Of a DNA stretch of 64,000 bases, positions 9,430-18,794 are shown piece by piece. The stretch comes from Geopsychrobacteraceae bacterium (lineage in GTDB: Bacteria; Desulfobacterota; Desulfuromonadia; Desulfuromonadales; Geopsychrobacteraceae), in assembly GCA_963664385.1 (NCBI GenBank), contig OY761157.1, forward strand, positions 1,207,634 through 1,271,633, written 5' to 3'. Both the position numbers and the translations under genes were made by a program. The notes under the pieces were generated by a model. It saw nothing but the letters and a program-made list of their open reading frames with translations. It was not told the origin of the DNA and ran no database searches. Each line of letters begins with the position of its first letter. The stretch's first letter is position 1.

Positions 9430-10287
9430 CTAAAGGTAGGATCGGCCACCAACATATGTCCGGCGAAAATAGGTGCTGGAAAGACTGGAAATCCGAATAG
9501 TTTTGCCGGTTCGGGGCGCGTGAATAAAGTTACCGTCACCAACATACATACCAACATGGGTAACCCGAGTTCCACCTTTGGTGGCAAAAAACACCAGGTC
9601 CCCCTGCTGCAGTTGAGCTTTTTTAACCGACCGACCAGCCTGGTACTGGGCTCTTGAGTTACGGGGCAGTTTCAGGCCGTTAAGTCGGTAGCTGACCATA
9701 GTCAGGCCACTGCAGTCAAAACCATTTTTACTGTCCTCACCACCCCAACGATAGGGCACACCGATAAAACGCTTAGCCGTTTTCACCAGTTCATAACGAA
9801 CTCCTCCCACAGTGGCAGGCGTCGATTTAGCTATGGCATAGTCCTGAGGAGTAACAATAAAGAAGCGTCCGATAGCTCCTTGTGACTGCAGTTGCTCTGC
9901 TTCATCCCTGGCACTTTGATAGTCACTGTGATCCCCGAAGCGAACCTTGTACAGCCCCGAATCATCAAGAAATGAAAAAGCGTCAAGGCCACGTGACTTA
10001 AGATTCTGTTCAAGTCTTACAGCATTTTCCTGCTGAGAGAAGGCGCCAACCTGAACAGAAAAGCCAATTGCGGTCAAAGACTCCTGCTCAGGATTAACAG
10101 AAGTCACAGGAGTTTCAGATGGAACAATCAGAGTCGCGATAGGATCTACAGGTGTTGCTTCAGAATACGCGTCAGAAGAACTTACCAGAGGTTTCCCGGC
10201 CGGGGCACAGGAGGTCAGAACGGTGAGGATAACTGCCACCAAAAGAAGGGAGATCCAGGAAGTTAAGGAGGTAGAGATCTTCATCAT
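9430..10287 (-). CDS. Lipoprotein with a SPOR domain and a C-terminal NlpC/P60 peptidoglycan endopeptidase domain
   Basis: Lipobox LTSC, SPOR-like segment (FSVQVGAFSQQENA..YKVRFG) and NlpC/P60 motifs (YRWGGEDSKNGFDCSGL .. HVGMYVG). Confidence 0.85.
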   Translation of the reverse strand: MMKISTSLTSWISLLLVAVILTVLTSCAPAGKPLVSSSDAYSEATPVDPIATLIVPSETPVTSVNPEQESLTAIGFSVQVGAFSQQENAVRLEQNLKSRGLDAFSFLDDSGLYKVRFGDHSDYQSARDEAEQLQSQGAIGRFFIVTPQDYAIAKSTPATVGGVRYELVKTAKRFIGVPYRWGGEDSKNGFDCSGLTMVSYRLNGLKLPRNSRAQYQAGRSVKKAQLQQGDLVFFATKGGTRVTHVGMYVGDGNFIHAPRTGKTIRISSLSSTYFRRTYVGGRSYL

Positions 10288-10304
10288 AGCGACAGGCTCA
10301 AAAA

Positions 10305-10661
10305 CTACAGATCTTTTAATTTCAGATCATATTCAGTGACATGCAGAAGCAGTTTTATCCGCAAGGTCTCCGCTAATTCTTTACTGCTGATTTTTTCAGC
10401 CAGCCAATCATTCTGCAAGGCGGTAATATAGCGTGCCAGCTGCGCGTGCTCTTCACGGTGATCTTCCGGAAAACTGTGGCCGAGCTCGATGATGACCTTC
10501 TCCTCATGCCTGAAATGACGGATTAACCCGGCAATGGCATTCTTTAATGCCGCCTCGGGGACATGTCCGGTAAAACACAATTCCAGCAGAGCATCGATAT
10601 TTTGATGATCCATATCGATTTCGGAAATCCCGATCTGAGTCGCACTATACCACATAAACAT
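10305..10661 (-). CDS. Hemerythrin-like metal-binding protein (bacteriohemerythrin family)
   Basis: His/Glu/Asp spacing typical of hemerythrin HHE domains (IDMDHQNID, HFRHEE, HREEH, LLLHVTEYD). Size is about 118 aa. Confidence 0.7.
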   Translation of the reverse strand: MFMWYSATQIGISEIDMDHQNIDALLELCFTGHVPEAALKNAIAGLIRHFRHEEKVIIELGHSFPEDHREEHAQLARYITALQNDWLAEKISSKELAETLRIKLLLHVTEYDLKLKDL

Positions 10662-10682
10662 CCTATCAGCAGGGCCCGGAAT

Positions 10683-12038
10683 TCAGCTTTTTTGCCCCTC
10701 TCCAGCTAAAACACGGCCAAAAATAACAAACAGAACCAACCCAAGCAGGAAGAAATAACCGAGGAACCAGGGAAGGGATTCAACAAAAATAGAATTTTTC
10801 AGCATCTCCACTGATAATGACACATCTGGATCATGATTATAACGGAGAAAAGCGAGTAATGCTCCGTAAAGAACGCCAATAATTCCATAACCTGCGTTTA
10901 AAAACAACCCCTTGAAACTCAACACGGTGGCCCGCTGTTGTGAGCTGGTGAGGTTATTTAAATAAAAGCTCAACATAAAACCTGTCAGGTTCATGGAAGC
11001 AAACAGAATCAGGGCTGGGACAACACCCCACACCGGCCAGGCGCAGGCAATTCCAGCCAACCCCAGCACAATAAATAAAGCAATGACCAGGAAATTAACC
11101 AGCATGGAAAAGCGCCCCACCAGCCGTCTTGCCAACATCGGCATAACAAACCCAAAAAGGGCCAGTACCGACCCCAGAATACCAAACCAGGCTTCGGGGA
11201 TATCAATAGCACGATAATATTGGCTCGCCATGGTCAGGATCATGCGGACAACGCTGTCGTACAGCAGTCCAAACAGAATGATCCCGATAACCAACGGGGA
11301 ATGAAAGATCCAAACTCCAGCCTGCCAGACCAGCCGTAAAGCCTCTCCACTCATCGTCCAAAAAGCTTGCCGAATATCTTTGCTTCCGGAGGAGACTTCC
11401 TGCATACGTAAGGTGGTGAACAAGGTCAGTAAAGCTGTGACCAAGGTCCCGTAGATGGGTAACCGCAACGTTAAATCTTTTGAAAAGGTAACGGCGACAC
11501 CGAACCAACCCATAATGCGCGACATTAACTCGGGATCGTACATCACTCCCCCCAGGGTCATAGCAACAACGAATCCGGCAGCCTGTAACTGCCCTTGCCG
11601 TTCAAGAACCACCCCCCAGTCAGCGGTCTTTCCTGCCAGCGCCAGGCTGTCATACGCCAAGGCCTCATCCGCACCACTAGCTGCCGCCTCAGCCATACCG
11701 CTGAGAATCCGGTTAAGCACAAAAACCCAGAAGAGTAAGGTCAAATTCTGCCGTGGGACAAAAGCCCACAGGCCAATCTCAACGACCATCAGTATACTGG
11801 CCATAACCAACAGGTTCCGGCGCCCGAGAATGTCTGCCAAAGCCCCTGACGGAACTTCACAAACCACAATTGTCGCTGCCCAAACCGCGTTAAGTATGGC
11901 AAACTGAGAGAGAGTCAGCCCAAAATCGAGAAATAATATAGAAAAAATGGGATAATAAAAGCGGGCATTAAATAGAACCCGAAAAGTCAGAAACAATCTG
12001 ATATTGGTAATAGCAAACGGGGATTCGACATTAGCCAT
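10683..12038 (-). CDS. MFS transporter, substrate unknown
   Basis: Hydrophobic profile of about 12 TM helices. Start set to ATG 12038 (MANVESPF). No clear SD, so the start is uncertain. Confidence 0.75.
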   Translation of the reverse strand: MANVESPFAITNIRLFLTFRVLFNARFYYPIFSILFLDFGLTLSQFAILNAVWAATIVVCEVPSGALADILGRRNLLVMASILMVVEIGLWAFVPRQNLTLLFWVFVLNRILSGMAEAAASGADEALAYDSLALAGKTADWGVVLERQGQLQAAGFVVAMTLGGVMYDPELMSRIMGWFGVAVTFSKDLTLRLPIYGTLVTALLTLFTTLRMQEVSSGSKDIRQAFWTMSGEALRLVWQAGVWIFHSPLVIGIILFGLLYDSVVRMILTMASQYYRAIDIPEAWFGILGSVLALFGFVMPMLARRLVGRFSMLVNFLVIALFIVLGLAGIACAWPVWGVVPALILFASMNLTGFMLSFYLNNLTSSQQRATVLSFKGLFLNAGYGIIGVLYGALLAFLRYNHDPDVSLSVEMLKNSIFVESLPWFLGYFFLLGLVLFVIFGRVLAGEGQKS

Positions 12039-12063
12039 AATATAAAACCCAGCAGGAACAGAT

Positions 12064-13155
12064 GTGAAACCACACAAAATCTATGGCAAGAATATTGAGC
12101 AGCAAGCGCTTGATCAATTTTACAGTGCTTTAGCCCAGGAGTACAGTGTTCGCGGCGCCCTGATGCCAGATGCCCACACCGGCTATTCATTGCCGATCGG
12201 CGCAGTGATCGCCACGGATGAGGTTATCCTCCCCTCATGGGTTGGCTATGATATCGGCTGTGGTATGTGTGCCTTACCCACCAGTTTCGCAAAAAATGAT
12301 ATTGCTCATCACGCCAAAGATATATTTCAGAGCATCTATTCCTTCATTCCAACTGGTTTTGCCCACAATCGCAGGGATAGCCAGTGGTCATATACCCAGT
12401 ATCCACGTTCTGAAGTGCTCGATACCCTATTCCGCAAAAATGGCCTCAAACAGCTCGGATCGTTGGGCAGCGGGAATCACTTTATTGAAATTGGCTACAG
12501 TGAAAATAACCAGATATGGGTCATCATTCACTCAGGGTCGCGCAATGTGGGTCATTCTATCGCCAGCCACTACATGAAACTTGCCGCAGGAGGAAAAGCC
12601 CGTGAAGGACACTTTGGTTTTGCAGTGAAAAGCCGCAACGGTCAAGACTATATCAAAGATCTCACCTTCTGCCTGAACTTCGCCCTGGCAAACCGAAAAG
12701 AGATGATGCAGCGGGTGGTCACGACCATTGCAAGCTATTGCCCCGGCGATGCAGACTGGTCGCAACTGATTAATCGTAATCATAATCACGCTGAGAACAA
12801 GGACGGCCTGTGGATTCACCGCAAAGGTGCAACCCATGCCGAAGCGGGTATGCGTGGTGTCATTCCCGGCAACATGCGCGACGGATCCTTTATTGTCGAA
12901 GGGAAAGGAAACCCCGAAGCCCTTTGGTCAAGTTCCCATGGAGCGGGGCGGGTCATGAGCCGCAAAGCTGCCAAACGGGACATCAAGCTTAAACTGTTTA
13001 AAGACAGTATGTATGGCATTACCGCCAAAGTTGATCAGCAGACCATCGATGAGGCTCCCTTTGCCTATAAAAATATAACTGAGGTCATGGCGCTGCAAAA
13101 AAGCATGGTTCGTGTTCTTCACCACGTGCGACCGCTCATTAACATCAAGGGGTAA
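12064..13155 (+). CDS. rtcB: RNA 3'-phosphate ligase RtcB (short form)
   Basis: RtcB signatures MPDAHTGY, GCGMC, GSGNHFIE, HSGSRNVGH, NHNHA and SSHGAGR. GTG start at 12064 with AGGAA upstream. Confidence 0.9.
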   Translation: MKPHKIYGKNIEQQALDQFYSALAQEYSVRGALMPDAHTGYSLPIGAVIATDEVILPSWVGYDIGCGMCALPTSFAKNDIAHHAKDIFQSIYSFIPTGFAHNRRDSQWSYTQYPRSEVLDTLFRKNGLKQLGSLGSGNHFIEIGYSENNQIWVIIHSGSRNVGHSIASHYMKLAAGGKAREGHFGFAVKSRNGQDYIKDLTFCLNFALANRKEMMQRVVTTIASYCPGDADWSQLINRNHNHAENKDGLWIHRKGATHAEAGMRGVIPGNMRDGSFIVEGKGNPEALWSSSHGAGRVMSRKAAKRDIKLKLFKDSMYGITAKVDQQTIDEAPFAYKNITEVMALQKSMVRVLHHVRPLINIKG

Positions 13156-13226
13156 GTTAATTTGTAAAAATCTGGATCTCATTTGACCCAGGGGAGCTGA
13201 AACGCTAACATGCGCATCTAGTGCGC

Positions 13227-13400
13227 ATGAGGATGAAAATTCTGAATCCAATAATTCAAATTGAAGGTGAAGACTTTATCCTTATGACTCACCTGCTGGC
13301 AGCAATTCCTGCCATAACCTTAAAAAAGAAAGTTGGTTCAGCAACATTCCAACGTGACAGAATTATTGCCTCTCTTGATTTTCTCTTTACCGATATTTAA
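13227..13400 (+). CDS. Hypothetical 57-aa ORF (possible gene remnant)
   Basis: ATG 13227 or 13233 to TAA 13398-13400 (MRMKILNPIIQIEGEDFILMTHLLAAIPAITLKKKVGSATFQRDRIIASLDFLFTDI). It is below the ORF-track cutoff and has no convincing SD. It weakly resembles the N-terminal third of CheW-like domains. Confidence 0.2.
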   Translation: MRMKILNPIIQIEGEDFILMTHLLAAIPAITLKKKVGSATFQRDRIIASLDFLFTDI

Positions 13401-13507
13401 GTTTCTCAAATAAAATTCAAAAATCGGTAGTTTTGAAACCGCATCCGGCAATTAAGGGTGCGACATTATCTTTTACTGTTTGCCAGGTCAAATATCGATT
13501 TTCACAG

Positions 13508-15046
13508 TTAATTGCGCAACATATCCAGCTGAAACGCCTGCTTCAGCAGCCCCTGAAAAGACTTCACCACTTCCAGCGCTTGCCGTAAGCGCCCCTGCTC
13601 GACGCGGTTCAGCGCTCCTGGATAGATGTGGTTGGTAATTTCACGGCCGTTGACCATGGCATCCACCTGACCCCGGATGCGCAGGAACATCAGCAGGTTA
13701 AAGCTGGCATCAATATCGTCAAATTGCTGCCCTGTTAAATGCCTACGTTCACGCATGAGAACCAGCTTGTCATGAGTGCTTCCCCCCATAATGCCATGGC
13801 TCAGGGCGAGGGTTTTCACCCCTTCAGTCAGGGCAAAGATTCCGGCTTTTTTCAGATCGAGCTGTCCGGCATATCTGGGATTTTTCTCCGTCTTTATCCG
13901 TCCGAACATGCCAAGAGGCGGGGAAAAGCGACATACATTGGCCGCCATACGGGCCAGAAAGATGGTGTTTTCCTCTGCGCGCTGAATAATATGAGCACGC
14001 AGACGCTGTTCGAGAGAAGCGTTTCCACACAGGCTGCGCATATCGGAAAACATACTGAAGTTGAGAATATTCTCACTACTTGGGGACGCTATCCAGCCAT
14101 CAATAGCATGTTGCCATTCTCCCAATGATCTACGCCAGAAGGGATTACGTGCCATAATCCCTCCCGGGCACTCCGGCACACCAATTTCTATCAAGGCTGC
14201 TATAACCTGCTGAGAAAAATCATCAATGGCAGAGAGTTCTTCGGCAGGTGTATCATTCTCATAAATGATGGCATTATCCTGGTCCGTTTTCAGAGTCTGC
14301 TCCCGTCGCCCTTCACTCCCCAAAACCAGAAAAGCACTGTTCCCTCCTAAAGGTGCAAAACGCCCCTGTTTAAGGAGTGAAATCAGCTTGTCAGAGAGTT
14401 GATCATTCACCAAGGCAATCAAACGCACCAGCTCATTGGCTTTCACTCCACTGCGGTAGAGAAAAACGATAAGCTGATCACTTTCACTGTGGATGGTTTT
14501 AAGCTCGGCAATCGATTGCGCTTCATCGATGGCACGCAACAAGCGCTGCGGTGAACGATCCTGCAGCCGAATAATATCCGACTCATTGATCAGGCCAACC
14601 AGAGAATTGGTGGCATCGATCACACCTACGCGGTGGATGCGGTGACGCGACATACAATAAAGGACTTCAAACAGGGTATCTTCTTCACGCACGGAAATCA
14701 CCGGAGAGGTCATCACATCAGCAACCTGCAATGTCGAAGGATCGAGACCAGCGGCGACGACCTTACTGCGAAGATCGCGATCTGTCATAATACCAATAGG
14801 CTTACTTTCATTATTACAGACAACCAGGCTTGATATTTTTTTATCTCTCATCACCTGTGCAGCGCCGACCACACTGTCATCAGTCTGACAGGTAATCAAA
14901 CCCCGGTGACAATAATCTTTGACGGGCAGGAAAAAAATCGATTCTTCGGGCATAAGCAGCTCCCTTGCTGCTGTCATTGTTGACAGGGAAGAGTCAATAA
15001 CGGCAATGCTCGAATATCGAGAGAGGAAAAAGTCGCTCGATATCAA
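13508..15046 (-). CDS. CBS-pair plus DUF294 nucleotidyltransferase-domain protein
   Basis: Tandem CBS motifs in the N-terminal half. These are followed by a nucleotidyltransferase signature (GSEGRREQTLKTDQDNAII) and a DUF294_C-like helical domain. Confidence 0.75.
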   Translation of the reverse strand: MISSDFFLSRYSSIAVIDSSLSTMTAARELLMPEESIFFLPVKDYCHRGLITCQTDDSVVGAAQVMRDKKISSLVVCNNESKPIGIMTDRDLRSKVVAAGLDPSTLQVADVMTSPVISVREEDTLFEVLYCMSRHRIHRVGVIDATNSLVGLINESDIIRLQDRSPQRLLRAIDEAQSIAELKTIHSESDQLIVFLYRSGVKANELVRLIALVNDQLSDKLISLLKQGRFAPLGGNSAFLVLGSEGRREQTLKTDQDNAIIYENDTPAEELSAIDDFSQQVIAALIEIGVPECPGGIMARNPFWRRSLGEWQHAIDGWIASPSSENILNFSMFSDMRSLCGNASLEQRLRAHIIQRAEENTIFLARMAANVCRFSPPLGMFGRIKTEKNPRYAGQLDLKKAGIFALTEGVKTLALSHGIMGGSTHDKLVLMRERRHLTGQQFDDIDASFNLLMFLRIRGQVDAMVNGREITNHIYPGALNRVEQGRLRQALEVVKSFQGLLKQAFQLDMLRN

Positions 15047-15175
15047 TCAGTTTAACCGATTCTTCAAAAAAGCGCAGTGCGAAACCACTTGCTTTCACAA
15101 TTGCTATAAATCAATATGTGCACGGGGGCAGGCCTGGCCATTACGAAAATGCCTGCCGAATGAAGGGAAAATGAC

Positions 15176-15718
15176 ATGAGAGCAATAAAGTGTTGGGCGG
15201 GCACTTTGGTCATACTGATGCTTTCAGTATGTTGCAGCCAACCATCAAAAGCAGCAGACAATCTTGAAACGGCAGGGGATATTGGCCGCGTATTAATACC
15301 AGCAATTGCCTACGGAACCACCTTTTACCTGCATGACAGTGAAGGGCGGGACCAATTCTACTGGTCCCTTTTCACCAATCTCTCGGTGACAACCGCTTTA
15401 AAATATTCTATCGACAAGCAACGCCCCAACGGCGAAGAACATTCATTCCCCTCCGGGCATACCTCCATGGCCTTTCAGGGAGCGACCTTCATCCATAAAC
15501 GTTACGGCTGGCAATACGCTATTCCGGCTTATCTGGGTGCCGCTTTTGTTGGTTACAGCCGGGTTGAGACAGATAATCACTACGTTGAAGATGTGCTTGC
15601 AGGAGCCGCAATCGGCGCTATCAGCAGTTATTATTTCACAGACAGGTACGAGGGAATGGCGGTCAGCCCGTTAGTTGGCAAGGACTTCCTTGGTCTCTGT
15701 CTGAGTAAACGCTGGTAA
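15176..15718 (+). CDS. PAP2-family phosphatase, probable lipoprotein
   Basis: PAP2 motifs KYSIDKQRP, PSGHTS and SRVETDNHYVED. Signal peptide with LSVCCS. Confidence 0.85.
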   Translation: MRAIKCWAGTLVILMLSVCCSQPSKAADNLETAGDIGRVLIPAIAYGTTFYLHDSEGRDQFYWSLFTNLSVTTALKYSIDKQRPNGEEHSFPSGHTSMAFQGATFIHKRYGWQYAIPAYLGAAFVGYSRVETDNHYVEDVLAGAAIGAISSYYFTDRYEGMAVSPLVGKDFLGLCLSKRW

Positions 15719-15765
15719 ATGTAAAACTAAGATCAGACAACTCAACTACCAGACAACCCCACCTG

Positions 15766-17250
15766 TTATTTGCTTAACCCGGCCAACACCGCTCTGAAAC
15801 TGGTTAATCCTGCCTCAAGGTTTTCAATAATCTGTTCAGCCAAATCATCCGGCTCGGGCAGATTATCCAGATCGGTCAGACTCTTGTCCTTAAGCCAGAA
15901 AATATCGAGGCTGGTTTTGTCGCGGGAGATAAGCTCCTCATAAGCATACTTGCGCCAGCGCCCTTCCGGATTGGTTTCAGCGTGCCAGGTTTCCTGCCGT
16001 TCATGGCGGGCTTGCGGCTGGTAACAGGCGATAAAATCCTGCAGATCCTCAAAGCGCAGCGGCTTTTTCTTCAGGGTGTGGTGGATATTGGTGCGGTAGT
16101 CGTAGAACCAGACCTCTTTGGTCCAGGGTTCGGGACTGGCCGGATGGTTGTCGAAAAACAGCACATTGGCCTTCACCCCCTGGGCGTAAAAGATGCCGGT
16201 CGGCAGGCGCAGAATGGTGTGCAGGCTGGTGTTTTCCAGCAGCTTATTGCGCACCGTTTCCCCCGCGCCCCCTTCAAACAAAACGTTATCCGGAACGACA
16301 ACGGCGGCCTTGCCGGTGGTTTTCAGCATACTGCGGATATGCTGGACAAAGTTGAGCTGCTTGTTCGAAGTCGTCGCCCAGAAATCCTGACGGTTGTAGG
16401 TCAGCTCTTCGGTCTCCTGTTCCCCTTCCTCGTTGGTAAAGCTCATGGAGCTCTTTTTACCGAAGGGGGGATTGGCCAGCACGTAATCGACACTGACACT
16501 GCTCTGGGCGACCAGGGCATCATTGGGGGAGATCAGGCTCTCGCCGTCGATTTCACCGATGTTATGCAGGAACATGTTCATCAGGCACAAACGGCGGGTG
16601 TTGGCGACAATCTCGTTGCCGTAAAAGGTGCTGTGCTTGAGAAACTGCTTCTGCTCTTTGTCCAGCTGATAGTTTTCCGGATTGGTCAGAAAGTCATAAG
16701 CCGCCAGAAAAAAACCGCCAGTCCCGCAGGATGGATCAGCAATGGTCTTGCCCGGTTCTGGCCGGACGCATTCAACCATGGCGCGGATCAGTGCCCGCGG
16801 GGTAAAGTACTGCCCGGCACCCGACTTGGTATCCTCGGCGTTGCGTTCCAGCAGCCCTTCGTAGATATCCCCTTTGACATCAGCGCCCATAATCAGCCAG
16901 CTGGTGCTGTTGATCATGTCGATGAGGCGGAACAGTTTGGCCGGGTCCTGAATCTTGTTCTGCGCCTTGGTGAAAATCTGCCCGAGCATGCCGCTCTGCT
17001 TGCCCAGCTCGCGCAGCAGCTCGACATACAGCACCTCCAGCTCCGCCCCCTTCTTGCTGCACAGCGCCTGCCAGCTGTATTCAGCCGGAATACCGACATT
17101 GCGGCTGTAGGGCGGCCGGGAATATTCATCGGCCATTTTCAGGAAGATCAGGTAGGTCAGCTGCTCCAGGTAATCGCCATAGCCGACGCCGTCATCGCGC
17201 AGAGTGGTGCAGAAGCTCCAGACACGGGAGACAATGGAAGAGGTATTCAT
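15766..17250 (-). CDS. hsdM: Type I restriction-modification system methyltransferase subunit
   Basis: HsdM N-terminal domain. MTase motif I is DPSCGTGGF and motif IV is NPPFG. Confidence 0.95.
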   Translation of the reverse strand: MNTSSIVSRVWSFCTTLRDDGVGYGDYLEQLTYLIFLKMADEYSRPPYSRNVGIPAEYSWQALCSKKGAELEVLYVELLRELGKQSGMLGQIFTKAQNKIQDPAKLFRLIDMINSTSWLIMGADVKGDIYEGLLERNAEDTKSGAGQYFTPRALIRAMVECVRPEPGKTIADPSCGTGGFFLAAYDFLTNPENYQLDKEQKQFLKHSTFYGNEIVANTRRLCLMNMFLHNIGEIDGESLISPNDALVAQSSVSVDYVLANPPFGKKSSMSFTNEEGEQETEELTYNRQDFWATTSNKQLNFVQHIRSMLKTTGKAAVVVPDNVLFEGGAGETVRNKLLENTSLHTILRLPTGIFYAQGVKANVLFFDNHPASPEPWTKEVWFYDYRTNIHHTLKKKPLRFEDLQDFIACYQPQARHERQETWHAETNPEGRWRKYAYEELISRDKTSLDIFWLKDKSLTDLDNLPEPDDLAEQIIENLEAGLTSFRAVLAGLSK

Positions 17251-18794
17251 CAGTTTTTATCCTTCGCGGCAAGCAATTGCTTGCCGAATGTGGTTACGCG
17301 ATATTTTTGCGTCGGGCTACGCGGTGAATCCGGCTGCGTCATTTCGATAAGCCCCTGCTGCAACGCAGGATCCAGGTATGTTTTCCGAAAGTTGACCCGG
17401 TCTTTTAAATTCAAAGCATCCATCAACTCTGCACGATTCATCTCCTGAGTACAGGCGTTAAGCAATGCAAGTACTTGATGGGTTACTTGATGGGTTACTT
17501 GATGGGTCTCTTCGGGGGTAACATCCTCCAGCTGCTCAAAACCCTCATGCACCGGCAACCGAATCAGGAAATAACTGCGGTCTTCATCAGATTCAAAAAC
17601 CGGCACTGGCGAGCCGTTGGCGCGCATCACCCGCAGAATTTTCGGCACACCGGTCGAGCGCCCCTCAGTCAAATCAAGTTCTTTCAGAAATTCACCGATG
17701 CGACGGTTCCGGTAACGGCGGCTCACCGCTTTTCCGGCCTGCAGGTCAGTCAAGGCGATTGAACGATCCGGGCCTGGGAAGCTCAGAACCACCAGCTCTT
17801 GCGGATCGATCCGGATCTCAATCGGTTCGCGGATTTCATAGGAACGGTGATAGACGGCATTGACCACCGCTTCTTCGATAGCAGCGAGCGGATAGTTCCA
17901 GAATCGCTCCGCTTCCGGGCGGTCCGGGTGTTTGATCACCGCCTCTTGCAAGTAGAGGCTTTCGATATAATTCAGGGCATTACGGGTCATCCGCCCCAAC
18001 GGCCCCTTGAAGATTTTTTCCTCAAAGCGGTCACCCCCGGCCCCGTCAGGGAAATAGACGACATCGATCTGGGTCGCAGGAAAGAAGGTTTCCGGTTGTT
18101 CGTTGAAGAACAGCAGCCCGACATTCTTCGGGAAGGCCATCTCCACCGGACCACCCACCACGTTCATTCGGCGCCCCAGCGCTTCGATATCCAGCTCACG
18201 CGCCTCTGTCGCCAGTTCACTGTGGATCTCATGCAGGAAATCGCGCATCAGGTAGGGGGAAAGGTCATTAAGGCTGGCGGTTTGGCGATAGCGATCATCA
18301 AAGGGGACGGTCGCGGCCAGACTCAACAGTTCACGTTCATCTTCACCAGTTGCTTTGACCGTACTGGTGTGCTTGCGCAGGTAATAGGCCCAGTCACTTT
18401 TTTTACCGCTCAAGCTGGTTTTGGCTTTATAAGGACGGGTTTCGCCCCCCGGTGCCCAAAGAACCAGAATGGTTTTCCCCTGAATCTCGTAGGTCGCTGT
18501 CAGCGGATGGAAATGGGGCGCAATAGCGGAATTACCCAGATTGAGCAGCTCTTTCTGAATCGCATCGATCTGCTCGGGCTGCAGCCCCACAGGCGGTAAT
18601 TGCGGCTGACCGTTCTCCTCCGCCACGCCAATCACCACATAACCGCCACCCAGGTTATGAAAGTCGTTGGCAAAAGCGCAAAGGCTGTGCAGAACCACTT
18701 CCGGGTTCCAGCCAGCTTTGTATTCGATGCGTTCGCTCTCCACCGTGCGGCGGCGGAGCAGATCGTTGATATTGATAGGAAGTTTGGGCATCAT
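17250..18794 (-). CDS. AlbA_2/Schlafen-type domain protein with an ATPase-like middle region and a C-terminal wHTH (COG2865-like), embedded in the R-M operon
   Basis: N-terminal ESERIEYKAGW..LCAFANDF..GGYVVIGV pattern of AlbA_2 domains. The start overlaps the hsdS stop (ATGA) and the stop shares a base with the hsdM start. Confidence 0.8.
   Translation of the reverse strand: MMPKLPININDLLRRRTVESERIEYKAGWNPEVVLHSLCAFANDFHNLGGGYVVIGVAEENGQPQLPPVGLQPEQIDAIQKELLNLGNSAIAPHFHPLTATYEIQGKTILVLWAPGGETRPYKAKTSLSGKKSDWAYYLRKHTSTVKATGEDERELLSLAATVPFDDRYRQTASLNDLSPYLMRDFLHEIHSELATEARELDIEALGRRMNVVGGPVEMAFPKNVGLLFFNEQPETFFPATQIDVVYFPDGAGGDRFEEKIFKGPLGRMTRNALNYIESLYLQEAVIKHPDRPEAERFWNYPLAAIEEAVVNAVYHRSYEIREPIEIRIDPQELVVLSFPGPDRSIALTDLQAGKAVSRRYRNRRIGEFLKELDLTEGRSTGVPKILRVMRANGSPVPVFESDEDRSYFLIRLPVHEGFEQLEDVTPEETHQVTHQVTHQVLALLNACTQEMNRAELMDALNLKDRVNFRKTYLDPALQQGLIEMTQPDSPRSPTQKYRVTTFGKQLLAAKDKN
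17472..17507 (-). repeat. Perfect 12-nt tandem repeat x3 inside the CDS
   Basis: tacttgatgggt occurs three times in a row and encodes (THQV)x3 in the linker before the C-terminal wHTH. Confidence 0.95.

Noticed and set aside
15982-17448. 488-aa ORF on the plus strand
   Set aside because: It is entirely antisense to hsdM, which has unambiguous MTase motifs. Its translation is low-complexity (Gly/Ala/Val/Gln/Leu-rich), with no motifs and no SD. This is a typical shadow ORF.
17799-18599. 266-aa plus-strand ORF, and the adjacent 130-aa ORF at 18600-18992
   Set aside because: They are antisense to the AlbA_2-type gene and the hsdS 3' end. They have no recognisable domains, and the sense-strand genes are well supported.
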